Part shown: positions 48,114 through 57,966 of the stretch, in pieces
Layout of the letters: every line of letters starts with the position of its first letter
How positions within the stretch are numbered: position 1 is the stretch's first letter
Assembly (NCBI GenBank): GCA_021810455.1
Contig: JAJZIU010000001.1
Location: 4,613-68,612 of the forward strand
Length of the DNA stretch: 64,000 nt
Source of the DNA: Candidatus Micrarchaeota archaeon
Lineage (GTDB): Archaea > Micrarchaeota > Micrarchaeia > Micrarchaeales > CABMGC01
Direction: 5' to 3'
Translations under genes and position numbers: made by a program
Notes under the pieces: generated by a model
What the model was told of the DNA's origin: nothing
Seen by the model: only the letters and a program-made list of their open reading frames with translations
Databases searched by the model: none

Positions 48114-48857
48114 TTACAGATTTCTAAGATCTCCTATAACTCCAAAATCAAGCGTCTCTCCCTCTCCAATACAAAATGCCCGCATCTTATCTGCATCAGC
48201 TAATTTTCTAAATACAGGTGCCATCTTACTTATATCTTCAAAATTAACACTTACTCCATCTGCAAAATAATTCATTGCAGGAAGCACCAGCAGTTTCCTA
48301 CCATCTTTTAAATCACCATACAAAAAACACTTCAGCTTCTCAAACTTTCCGATACCGTTCGGTACTGATATTGCGGGATGTACGTGTCCCATTATCAGAA
48401 GCTCTCCACCCTTACTCATAGGCGCTTCCTCTCCGTGAAAAAACAAAAAATCATCTATTAGGGTTTCCTGCCGATGCACCGTAATTTTCAACGGTTCTTT
48501 AAGCCTATCTATAAAATTGTCATGGTTTCCTTTAATCAAAGTAATCTCTTTTACTCCAAGATCTCCTTTAAGATATTCTACAAATTCTCTAAATTCATTA
48601 AACTCTTCAACATGCACTTTTGAAAATTCGTTTTTTATATCCCCATCAACTATTATCCGTTTTGCACCTGTAATCTCTTCTGCAATCTTCAAAGTATCTT
48701 TTATCTTTTTTAAATTTACTTTTGGCAAGAACGTGCCATTATCTGCCATAACCCCCTCATATCCCAGGTGCAGATCGGTGCAAACTATTGCTGAAAGGGA
48801 CCTGATTCTAATTACCGGAAGGCCGTCTAATATTTCTACGTTTTTGCTTAATTTCAT
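48114..48857 (-). CDS. Calcineurin-like metallophosphoesterase (Lhr-associated MPE type)
   Basis: DLHLG, GD, KGNHD, FHG, GHVHP. Confidence 0.9.
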   Translation of the reverse strand: MKLSKNVEILDGLPVIRIRSLSAIVCTDLHLGYEGVMADNGTFLPKVNLKKIKDTLKIAEEITGAKRIIVDGDIKNEFSKVHVEEFNEFREFVEYLKGDLGVKEITLIKGNHDNFIDRLKEPLKITVHRQETLIDDFLFFHGEEAPMSKGGELLIMGHVHPAISVPNGIGKFEKLKCFLYGDLKDGRKLLVLPAMNYFADGVSVNFEDISKMAPVFRKLADADKMRAFCIGEGETLDFGVIGDLRNL

Positions 48858-51513
48858 TCTTAGATACACCAATCTTCGAAAGTACTCTTTTATGCAATTC
48901 CCTTATGTGCTTCCTTCTATCCTTCATCATTATAACATCTGCTTCCCCAAAAGTTATCACACCGTGGGAAAATGGCGAAGGCAATTTCGTCTCTATTATT
49001 CTATAACTCAAATTCCCGGATATTAATCCCTCTATTATTTCCTTCGCTCGAGGCAGATCCATAACATCCTCAAATATCTCACGATACGTTTCTTTCAGTA
49101 CCGGGAAATCTTCTCCTAATTCCTCCACTGATTTCAACAAAAGCGCAGAGTTAACCTGCTGTTTTCTAACACTTATCTTCCTGCCTTTATAATTCCTAAG
49201 TACCATAAAACTTCTTGCTGCACAGTATCTAAATCTCCTTCTCATCATCTCCGTCCTTCTTATATTCGTTTTCAGCAAGTTTTCTACGTCAATGCCTTTC
49301 AACATGCCTATTGCCTTAGATACATCATTCTTACCTATTTTTGTATTCTCATCTGTAAATAACGCGAATCCGTTGTCATTTATGTTTATTCCAATATCTA
49401 CATCATACATTTCTGCCAACACTATTGCAAATATCCTTGATAAAGCATCATTCACTCTTCTCCCGTAAAGACTATGAAATACAACGATATTCTTCCCGTC
49501 GTTGTCATCTTCTGTTGTCTCTATCAGCACTAACTTATCTGTTGGCACATATCCTGCAAAAAGCAACTGTTCTGCAAAATAGTTGAATACAGAAGTCTTT
49601 GAGTTTTGATCCATCGGCATGGCATCAAGCACCTTCCTACATTCCGCATCAGGCGTGAGCGTTCCCTTTACAATCTTTTTTATAACTTCTTGATTTTTAT
49701 TTATCGAATGTCCCATCGCTGTAGACAACAAACTCCTGAATTTTCCAATGTTTATTGCAAGCTCATAAGTCAATGGCAACTGTTCCGAAAACCAGGGAGG
49801 TATGGTGGGGATTTCTCCAGCAGCATCGCTAACATAACACTTCATAATCCTAGCGTATTCGAATCTGTACGGTTTTCCTCCAAGCACAAAAATATCACCT
49901 GGTTTAAGCCTGGCAAGAAATTCCTCCTCTATACTGCCTATCCACTTGCTATCTTTTGTCAAAACATCTATTGAAACCTCATCAGGTATTGTTCCCAAAT
50001 TCAAATAATATATTAATCTAGCAAACTTGCCTCTTTTTCCAAATGCACGTTCGTTTTCATCATACCAAATCTTACCATATACCCTTCTGCTTTCCAAACC
50101 AACATACAATCCCGAAAGATACTTTATCAGAAGATCAAAATCATGAACACTTAAGTTTCTGTAAGCATAGGCTCTTCTAACCAGTTCAAGTGCATCTTCA
50201 ACTTTCCATTTCTTCTCTAAAGACATTCCTACTATGTGTTGTGCAAGTACATCCATCGCATTTGCCGGGGTCGAAAACGAATCAAGATGTCTTTTTATCG
50301 CAGAATCAAGCATTACCGCACATTCTACTAAATCATCTCTATTCGTAACTATCACCTCGCCTCTTGCAACGTCATTAAATCTGTGTCCGCTTCTTCCAAT
50401 TCTTTGCACTGCCCTGGCAACACTTTTTGGAGAACCTAGCTGTACAACATTATCTATCGAACCTATATCTAATCCAAGCTCAAGGCTCGTGGAAGACACG
50501 GCGCACTTCAATTTGCCTTTTTTTAGCATCTCTTCTACTTCTAACCTCGTTTCCCTAGAGAGTGAACCATGGTGTGCCGCTATCGCTTGCTCGTCATATC
50601 CGAATCTTTTTGATAAATTGTATACGACACGTTCGGTCCCGCTTCGTGTATTTGTAAAAACAAGAGTTGTTTTGTTCTTCTTTATTATGTCATTTATTAT
50701 TTTGTATATTGAATTTTCTATCTTTTCATCCCTTGCGTTTATTATATCCTTTACTGGGCAGATAACTTCAAAATCCAACTTCTTCTCCCATGTAGCATCC
50801 ACCACGTGGCAGTCTCTTTCCTTACCGTCTCTGTAACCTACTAAGAATCTTGCTGCTTCATCCAACGGATGCAATGTCGCACCCATACCCACTCTGATAA
50901 GCTCTTTACCTACAAGATCGACTAATCTCTCTATAGAAAGTGAGAGATGAACACCTCTCTTATTGTTTGCGAGTTCGTGAAGTTCGTCTATTACAACATA
51001 CTTCACATTCTTCATATTCTCCGCAAATTTTGGAGAATTCAATATTATGGCAAGACTCTCCGGTGTTGTTACCAATATGTTTGGAGGATGTGCAAGCTGT
51101 CTCTGTCTCTCAGAGGGTTTAGTATCTCCTGTCCTTATGCCTACTGTTATCTTTTTTATATCTATACTTATGCCCGAATAAATATCCTCTAAGGGTTCCG
51201 TCAAGTTTTTAAAAACATCATTGTTAAGGGCTCTTAACGGAGAAACATAGATGCAATATATTTTTTCTTCGAGTTTTCCTTCAAGAGACATGTTCATAAG
51301 GTCGCTAAGTATCGACATGAATGCTGAAAATGTTTTGCCACTTCCTGTAGGTGCTGTTATCAATATGCTCTTGCCTTCTTTAACGAGTTTAAAAGAGTAC
51401 AACTGCGGAGGTGTCGGATTTACATACTTTTTTTCAAACCAAACCCTGATAAATTGGTTAAGTGAACCGAGACTCTCTTCTCTACTGAAAGGGGCTTTGC
51501 AACTAACTATCAA
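48808..51513 (-). CDS. lhr: Lhr-core SF2 helicase
   Basis: APTGSGKT, SPLRALNND, DELH, HHGSLS, QRIGRSGH, NLGTIPDE, PSPFS. Confidence 0.93.
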   Translation of the reverse strand: MIVSCKAPFSREESLGSLNQFIRVWFEKKYVNPTPPQLYSFKLVKEGKSILITAPTGSGKTFSAFMSILSDLMNMSLEGKLEEKIYCIYVSPLRALNNDVFKNLTEPLEDIYSGISIDIKKITVGIRTGDTKPSERQRQLAHPPNILVTTPESLAIILNSPKFAENMKNVKYVVIDELHELANNKRGVHLSLSIERLVDLVGKELIRVGMGATLHPLDEAARFLVGYRDGKERDCHVVDATWEKKLDFEVICPVKDIINARDEKIENSIYKIINDIIKKNKTTLVFTNTRSGTERVVYNLSKRFGYDEQAIAAHHGSLSRETRLEVEEMLKKGKLKCAVSSTSLELGLDIGSIDNVVQLGSPKSVARAVQRIGRSGHRFNDVARGEVIVTNRDDLVECAVMLDSAIKRHLDSFSTPANAMDVLAQHIVGMSLEKKWKVEDALELVRRAYAYRNLSVHDFDLLIKYLSGLYVGLESRRVYGKIWYDENERAFGKRGKFARLIYYLNLGTIPDEVSIDVLTKDSKWIGSIEEEFLARLKPGDIFVLGGKPYRFEYARIMKCYVSDAAGEIPTIPPWFSEQLPLTYELAINIGKFRSLLSTAMGHSINKNQEVIKKIVKGTLTPDAECRKVLDAMPMDQNSKTSVFNYFAEQLLFAGYVPTDKLVLIETTEDDNDGKNIVVFHSLYGRRVNDALSRIFAIVLAEMYDVDIGININDNGFALFTDENTKIGKNDVSKAIGMLKGIDVENLLKTNIRRTEMMRRRFRYCAARSFMVLRNYKGRKISVRKQQVNSALLLKSVEELGEDFPVLKETYREIFEDVMDLPRAKEIIEGLISGNLSYRIIETKLPSPFSHGVITFGEADVIMMKDRRKHIRELHKRVLSKIGVSKNEIKQKRRNIRRPSGN

Positions 51514-51575
51514 CTGATCACCAAAAGCAGCATATGTATTTATATTATTATCTCTAAATAACTATCTCTTGGAGA

Positions 51576-51797
51576 GTGGGCTTAATGGTCAAAAAGAAGA
51601 AAAGTTCGGACAAGTTAAAAGCTTTGATGAGAACACAGGAGCTTAATGAATTTCTTGAAAGAAGCACTATAGAAAGCGAAGCATTGCAGAATGTTGGTGA
51701 TGATCGGCCTTCTTACGAATCTCACGTGTTTGATTTACTCGAGAAGAGCAAAGGCACTGCAAAACAAAAAAAATCTGTGAAAGGTAAAAAACACTAA
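51576..51797 (+). CDS. Small basic hypothetical protein
   Basis: Fills intergenic space; TTTATATT box and GGAG upstream. Confidence 0.55.
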   Translation: MGLMVKKKKSSDKLKALMRTQELNEFLERSTIESEALQNVGDDRPSYESHVFDLLEKSKGTAKQKKSVKGKKH

Positions 51798-51798
51798 A

Positions 51799-53028
51799 TC
51801 ACAATACTCCAATTTCCTCATCTTTTCCTTCCTTTCTTTTTCCAGATTTTCCAACTGACAATCGTATTCCGTTTGGATCTCTTGTTATTGTTATGTCCAA
51901 ATCATCACTACCTAACATGTGTCTTAGTTCTTCGTATGTGTAAGATCCGATATCTTTTCCTTCTTCCCTTTCCTTCCCTTTAAGGACCTCAGCTCTTCTT
52001 TCTATAAGAAAGTCCCTCTTGATCTGTGTATAAGAAAGTTTTAGTTTCGGTTTCTCTGCTCCGTACGTGTCTTCTATGCCTAGCTCTATTGGTTTGTAAC
52101 CTTCGCTTTGATATATGAATGGCAAAACTGCTGAGAATTCAACCTTGATTGTGTTGGCAACCTTACCAACTCCTGACTTATCTCCAGCTATTACAAAATC
52201 TTCACTATTCAGGAAACCAACAAAAATGTTGCTTCCGGTCTCTTTGACTTTATCCTGTAGTAACTGTGATGCTAGTCTCAGGATTGTCACTCCGGATTTC
52301 ATACCGAATTTTCCTGCAAAACCAGCAAGACCTTCAACCCTCAATCTACCTATTTCATAACTACTATTTGTATTGCTTAGCGCCTTCTCAACAGCATCCG
52401 ATATCTTTTCCTCATTCGGCAAGTCTATCAAAGGATCAAATTTTTTACCCTTCTTTTTAAGAAATATTGTTACAAGACTTCTAAGTTCTCCAGGATCAAA
52501 TGGTTTCTTTATGTAATAATCCGCCCCGTACTTTATCCCCTTGAACCTATTCGAAGTTGCATCCATTGCGCTTACGATTATTACTACCGTATTGCTCATC
52601 TGTGAGTCCTTTTTTACAGTCTGACATATTTCCAACCCGTCAGCTCCGGGTAACATGAGATCTAAGACAACCAAATCTGGTTTTATCTGTTTTATTTTTC
52701 TTATGGCTTCTCCACCATCATATATCTGTTCTACATCGAATCCCTTACCTATAGATATCGCCATGAGATTGTTTATGTTTTTATCGTCTTCAACTATCAG
52801 TATCTTCCTCAATGACGGCCTATCTTGCAATACGTAATACGTAGGTATACCTCCGCTGCTCCTAGAAGCTATGGCGCTTGCTTTTTCAAGTTCTACGAGT
52901 CCCTTCTTCAGAGTATCTTCTGAGATTCCTTCTGTTGCTGCAAAACTTCGAAGTTCATTATATGTTATTTCTTGCCTTTCATTGATCACATAAATAATAT
53001 CCGCTTCAGCATCTTCTAGGGTTTTCAA
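51799..53028 (-). CDS. Response regulator: wHTH-like + REC + degenerate GGDEF-like domain
   Basis: ILIVEDD, LDLMLP, KKPF receiver; DPLIDLPN and GFLNSEDFVI. Confidence 0.85.
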   Translation of the reverse strand: MKTLEDAEADIIYVINERQEITYNELRSFAATEGISEDTLKKGLVELEKASAIASRSSGGIPTYYVLQDRPSLRKILIVEDDKNINNLMAISIGKGFDVEQIYDGGEAIRKIKQIKPDLVVLDLMLPGADGLEICQTVKKDSQMSNTVVIIVSAMDATSNRFKGIKYGADYYIKKPFDPGELRSLVTIFLKKKGKKFDPLIDLPNEEKISDAVEKALSNTNSSYEIGRLRVEGLAGFAGKFGMKSGVTILRLASQLLQDKVKETGSNIFVGFLNSEDFVIAGDKSGVGKVANTIKVEFSAVLPFIYQSEGYKPIELGIEDTYGAEKPKLKLSYTQIKRDFLIERRAEVLKGKEREEGKDIGSYTYEELRHMLGSDDLDITITRDPNGIRLSVGKSGKRKEGKDEEIGVL

Positions 53029-53147
53029 ACAATCGCCTTAACCTAAATTTCACGTAAAGTATATTATTCCTTGCAAGCAACGCGTTACATGTCTTGCCTT
53101 TTCAAACTTCAGAAACTCTTTTTAAGGCTTTCGTAGTATGTGTACAC

Positions 53148-54191
53148 ATGGAATCCACTAATCCGCTTGGAACCACCACGTTTCAACAACCGCAGGTCCA
53201 ATCCACCATATCCAATAAGCCACGACCAAGGAGAAAGCATTCGAGACGTCATAATAAACTAAGGCTTCCTATTAAAAAAATTTCAATAGCTGTAATAATA
53301 ATTGCTGTAATTGCAATAGCCATAGCCGACTTTGCTGGTTCTAACGGTATTGTAAACATAACTTACAACAAAACCGTAATGCTGAATGTAAACGGCAGTA
53401 TAACATTTGCTGTTGGTGGAACCGGAAAAACTGTACTCTATCTTGCATCTTCGTATAACAACATTTCAACATTTTATATAAGCCAGTATCCGGTATTGGA
53501 AAATCCAGTGTATACATTCACACTTACTCCTGGAAATACTGAAAACATAAGTTCAACATTTTCACAAAACGCAGACGTTCAGATAAGGCTAATAAACAGC
53601 GGATCTAATTCTGCACAAGTGGAAATAACTAAGGTGCCCGAGGGATTCTCTATACGTCCTAGTTTGATAAACACACTCTCACAAAATGCAACATATCAAC
53701 CTACAACTACTGTACCATATGCTTCAACTTCAGCTTCAACAACAACTGTAAAGCCTATCAACACCTCTACAACGGTATTATCTGATGTAAATCTATCTAA
53801 CATAGGCAAACTTATGCAAAATTTCGGAGTATTATATCGTGCTGGAAGTTCCTGTACAGAACAATTGTACAATACCACACTGATTCAATACAAGGGTATT
53901 CAACCAAAAGGCCAATTCTCTTACTACAACATAAGTATGTCAACACCTACGAATGTGAAAATCACAATTTCTAAGTCTACAGGCAGCAACTATTTTGTAA
54001 ATTATACCGTGCAATTGCCACGCGCGCAATTTTCAACTCCCTCTGTAAGTGTTTTGTACGATTCTTCAAGCAACAGTGTGATGAGCACTGTGTTCGGAGG
54101 CGCTTATCAGGGTCTTAATTATACGGCACTGAATCAGGAATACCAATTCCAAAGTGGCATAAGCAATGCATGTGCAGCTTATGTGACATAA
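53148..54191 (+). CDS. Membrane-anchored surface glycoprotein, unknown function
   Basis: Basic stretch then TM helix, Thr/Ser linker, many NxS/T sequons. Confidence 0.7.
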   Translation: MESTNPLGTTTFQQPQVQSTISNKPRPRRKHSRRHNKLRLPIKKISIAVIIIAVIAIAIADFAGSNGIVNITYNKTVMLNVNGSITFAVGGTGKTVLYLASSYNNISTFYISQYPVLENPVYTFTLTPGNTENISSTFSQNADVQIRLINSGSNSAQVEITKVPEGFSIRPSLINTLSQNATYQPTTTVPYASTSASTTTVKPINTSTTVLSDVNLSNIGKLMQNFGVLYRAGSSCTEQLYNTTLIQYKGIQPKGQFSYYNISMSTPTNVKITISKSTGSNYFVNYTVQLPRAQFSTPSVSVLYDSSSNSVMSTVFGGAYQGLNYTALNQEYQFQSGISNACAAYVT

Positions 54192-56429
54192 TCATTCCTG
54201 CTTCTTTTTCTGTTTACCGTATATGGGGAGTGTGAACCAGAATGTACTTCCTTTCCCTGGTTCAGACACGACTCCCATCCTCCCTCCATGGAGATTCACA
54301 ACCTCTTTAGCTATTGACAAACCAAGTCCTGTACCCTGCCCCTCCTGTCTGGTAAGGCCTCTTTTCGGTAATTGATAAAACTTTTTAAAAAGTTTTGATT
54401 TATCTTCCTTACTTATTCCTATTCCTGTATCTTGTACTTCAAACCTGATATTCTTTCCCTTCCTAACCACATTAACTCCGATACTTCCTTCGTCGGTGAA
54501 TTTTAATGCGTTTCCTATAAGGTTTACGAACACCTGAATCAGTCTATTCGGATCCGCTTCTATCTCTGGCACATTATATCCAACATTAAAATAGAACCGC
54601 AAATTTTTGTTTGCTGCAACCTCCGCTAATGATTTTATGCTAGGATTTTCACCAAGCATCTTAAAATCTACTTTTTGCATGTCAAGTTTTATTTTTCCAG
54701 ATGACAATTTTGCCACATCCAATATCTGGCCTATCAACTGCATTAATCTTTCAGATTCATCTATTATTATCTGCACCGTTTTCTTCTGATCTTGTGTTAT
54801 GTCTCCAAATTCTCCTCCAATCAGGAGTTTTGAGAAACCTATGATATTTGTTATCGGAGTTTTAAGATCGTGTGATATATTATATATAAATTGGGTCTTC
54901 AAGTCGCTTTCTTCCTTTAGTTTCTCAAGCTGTCGCATAGATTCCTCAAATTCACTCTGCAATCTTTCTATCTCTCTTTTTGAAGCTAGCTCTGTGCAAA
55001 CAAATAAAAATTCTACAGATGCTTCTCGGTTTTTTGTTGCCATTACGCTTCCATTGAAAGGCATCGGTTCTTCCCCGCTTTTCTTTGAAAAATTAAGAAA
55101 AACATCTGTAACGAATCCATTTACTTTTGCAAGTTTTATCGCATTTCCCACTCTCAATTGGCTTTCTTTATCTGAGCACAACATCGATATGGGCATACTA
55201 TTTGAATCCTCTGCTTTGTAACCCAAACGTCTTTCAAAACCAGGATTTACTGATTTTATATATCCTGATTCATCAACAGTTATCAATGTGTCACTTGACA
55301 ATTTCATAATTGTCGAAATTGCACCTTCAACTTCGGTTATCCTGCTTTCAATGTCTCTAGAAACTATTACCGAGAAGCCTTCGACATCCTTGTAGAAAAG
55401 GCCTTTTGCATCAACAAACATGTTGTTTCCTATGTTTATTTTAAGCGGCAGAGATGCCTGTTCATTCATATTACTGAGTTGTTGTTCATCCAATCCTTGA
55501 ACAAATTCCACCAATTTTCTACCTATTAACGCATCTTTCTCTATGCGCAGTACACGGTCTGCATTATCACTAACCCATCCTATGTTTGTATCATTGCTTA
55601 TACGCATGAAAACATCTTCATCGCTCCTTTCCAAAAAACTATACATTCCCTCAAGCCATTTGAGCCTGGTTATATCTAGCAAAGAGATGTGTGATAATCT
55701 GTCGTTTATTTTGTTCGAAGAAAACAGAAATACGCCTTTGTCATCCCTGGACTTTACCTCAATTCTCATATTCTTTGAAAAAGAAGCAGAAGGATCCTGT
55801 CCCAATTCTATAAACTTTGTTATTCCTTGCCCGACCACCTCCTCGGATATCTTATCCAACATATTTATTGCGTTTTTGTTAGCCTTGACTATAACTCCGG
55901 AACCATCAATGACAAGTTGCGGCACGTAATTTCCAAATGAAGCATCAAAGTACTTTGCTAGCCCTAGACTCTTGTCACGCTCATAGCTTGCGAGTATCCT
56001 ATAACTTAACGAATTCAAAGCTAAAGAAATATGATCTACTATTTTCTCACTGAATGCATCTTCTCGTTTTGATAAAAGCGTAATTATCCCGAAAGATCTC
56101 CTTTCTGCACTAAGAGGAAGCAACAAACTGCTTTTATATCCGCTGTTATGGTACTCGATTAGCTCTTTGAAAGCCGAATATCCACTAAGCCTGTTATCCA
56201 GATACGGTTTTTCATTATTTAAAACAAAATCCTCTGCCGCACTGGCTTTTACACCCGGTCTCATATCTTTAACAATGGCCCTATCTGCGCCTAACTCTAA
56301 TCTGAGTCTATCTCCAAGTTTGTTCAGGAAGTTGCCGAAATCTGTTGCTTCCCTGCTCATGTTTAATATTTCATTGACGAATACGTCCCAAGATGTTGAC
56401 GCCATAGCAAACAATAAAGAATTAGGCAT
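54192..56429 (-). CDS. Cytoplasmic sensor histidine kinase (GAF + PAS repeats + HisKA + HATPase)
   Basis: SHDLKTP H-box, NLIGNALKF, DTGIGI, GTGLGL, GSTFWF; no TM segment seen. Confidence 0.93.
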   Translation of the reverse strand: MPNSLLFAMASTSWDVFVNEILNMSREATDFGNFLNKLGDRLRLELGADRAIVKDMRPGVKASAAEDFVLNNEKPYLDNRLSGYSAFKELIEYHNSGYKSSLLLPLSAERRSFGIITLLSKREDAFSEKIVDHISLALNSLSYRILASYERDKSLGLAKYFDASFGNYVPQLVIDGSGVIVKANKNAINMLDKISEEVVGQGITKFIELGQDPSASFSKNMRIEVKSRDDKGVFLFSSNKINDRLSHISLLDITRLKWLEGMYSFLERSDEDVFMRISNDTNIGWVSDNADRVLRIEKDALIGRKLVEFVQGLDEQQLSNMNEQASLPLKINIGNNMFVDAKGLFYKDVEGFSVIVSRDIESRITEVEGAISTIMKLSSDTLITVDESGYIKSVNPGFERRLGYKAEDSNSMPISMLCSDKESQLRVGNAIKLAKVNGFVTDVFLNFSKKSGEEPMPFNGSVMATKNREASVEFLFVCTELASKREIERLQSEFEESMRQLEKLKEESDLKTQFIYNISHDLKTPITNIIGFSKLLIGGEFGDITQDQKKTVQIIIDESERLMQLIGQILDVAKLSSGKIKLDMQKVDFKMLGENPSIKSLAEVAANKNLRFYFNVGYNVPEIEADPNRLIQVFVNLIGNALKFTDEGSIGVNVVRKGKNIRFEVQDTGIGISKEDKSKLFKKFYQLPKRGLTRQEGQGTGLGLSIAKEVVNLHGGRMGVVSEPGKGSTFWFTLPIYGKQKKKQE

Positions 56430-56462
56430 GTATTATATAAATCACATCCACGAGTGCGCTTT

Positions 56463-57122
56463 ATGACAATAAAAGAAATATCTGAAGGAGTGTTCAAGAT
56501 AGATGGAAGAATAGCTACCGCAAATTTTGTTAAAGGACAAAAGGTATACGACGAAGACCTGCGCAAGGTAAACGGTGTAGAATACAGGCTATGGAATCCT
56601 TACAGGAGTAAGTTAGCTGCAGCATTCTTGAAAGGAATGAAGACAATGAGGATAGCAAAAGGATCTAGCGTTCTTTATCTCGGAGCTGCTACTGGAACTA
56701 CGTGTAGCCACATAAGCGACATAGTTGGGGATACGGGGGTTGTATACTGTGTAGAAAATTCAGAGAGAAGCATGCGCGACCTACTCTCAATCTGCGACTC
56801 TAGGAAAAATATGATGCCTATCTTCTCTGATGCAAGAAATACAAAAGAGTATGGTCCGGAGGTTGGTGTTGTTGATGTACTGTATCAGGATGTTTCTGCA
56901 AGAGATCAAGCCTCCATACTCGTTGACAACTCACAGTTCTTAAAAGAAAAGGGATATGCTTACGTAGCCATAAAATCACAGAGTATAAGTGTTTCTAAAA
57001 ATCCAAGCATAGTTTACAAAGAGTTTCTTAAACAAGTGTCTACTGTTTTCAAAACCGTAGAATCCATAGACATAAGGCCGTTCGATCAAAAACACTTGTT
57101 TGTGGTTCTACAAAAATTATAA
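56463..57122 (+). CDS. flpA: Fibrillarin-like 2'-O-methyltransferase
   Basis: YRLWNPYRSKLAAA, VLYLGAATGTTCSH, YQDV. Confidence 0.96.
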   Translation: MTIKEISEGVFKIDGRIATANFVKGQKVYDEDLRKVNGVEYRLWNPYRSKLAAAFLKGMKTMRIAKGSSVLYLGAATGTTCSHISDIVGDTGVVYCVENSERSMRDLLSICDSRKNMMPIFSDARNTKEYGPEVGVVDVLYQDVSARDQASILVDNSQFLKEKGYAYVAIKSQSISVSKNPSIVYKEFLKQVSTVFKTVESIDIRPFDQKHLFVVLQKL

Positions 57123-57183
57123 GGATGCATATATGCCTAAAAACTTCTGAAAGGAATATAAAAACACACTTGCATGTCTAATC

Positions 57184-57966
57184 ATGGACTATCTTAAATA
57201 CACGTCCTCTCTTGATAAAAACATGATTAAAACCCAATGCGCCTATTGTGGTTCATATGTTTTATCCTATTCTGAAGAAGCATTCTGTCATTTCTGCGAG
57301 GGGCACGTATCAAAAACAGAATCAAATAACGATCAAACATATCAAAGTATCCTTTCTATACGCAACCTGATCTCTACGAAGCACACATCTGAAGCGATAT
57401 CCGCTGCCGATTCCCTATCTATCAAGCAAACTTCGCCGCGTGTACTCTTCGGTCTGGCAAACATCTATCGCACGCTTTCCAATCATATTTACTTTGATAC
57501 TAACTACAATCTTGATGGATTCATGTACAAAAATTCTGACAACATATATCTATCACTTGATCTCATATCAAAATCTAAGGAAATGTTCTACAAGCACATA
57601 AAACTGTCTGTAGAAACCGATCCCATATCAACATTCACCCTATTCATAAGTAATCTTAAACTGGAACGTATGATTTATGCAAAAAAACTACTAGAAAAAC
57701 TTGTCAATATGCCCGGACTTATATCGAACTACGCCATAATGGCTTACTCTGCAGAAAATAAACTTAAACAAGCTGATATCAGCGCACTTAAAATGATTGA
57801 TTCCAGTACTAACTCGTTATATTACCTGTCAAAATGTCTAATAAACATGAACAAACGCGAAGAAGCAGAAAAAATTCTCGAAAGGTTAACAACCACTATC
57901 GACATGCCCGATGCTTTTTATCTTTTACTCAAACTGCGGCGTCTCAAGGACGAAACGAAGATTTAG
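57184..57966 (+). CDS. Hypothetical protein (N-terminal zinc ribbon, TPR-like helices)
   Basis: CAYCG...CHFCE; helical C-terminus. Confidence 0.65.
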   Translation: MDYLKYTSSLDKNMIKTQCAYCGSYVLSYSEEAFCHFCEGHVSKTESNNDQTYQSILSIRNLISTKHTSEAISAADSLSIKQTSPRVLFGLANIYRTLSNHIYFDTNYNLDGFMYKNSDNIYLSLDLISKSKEMFYKHIKLSVETDPISTFTLFISNLKLERMIYAKKLLEKLVNMPGLISNYAIMAYSAENKLKQADISALKMIDSSTNSLYYLSKCLINMNKREEAEKILERLTTTIDMPDAFYLLLKLRRLKDETKI

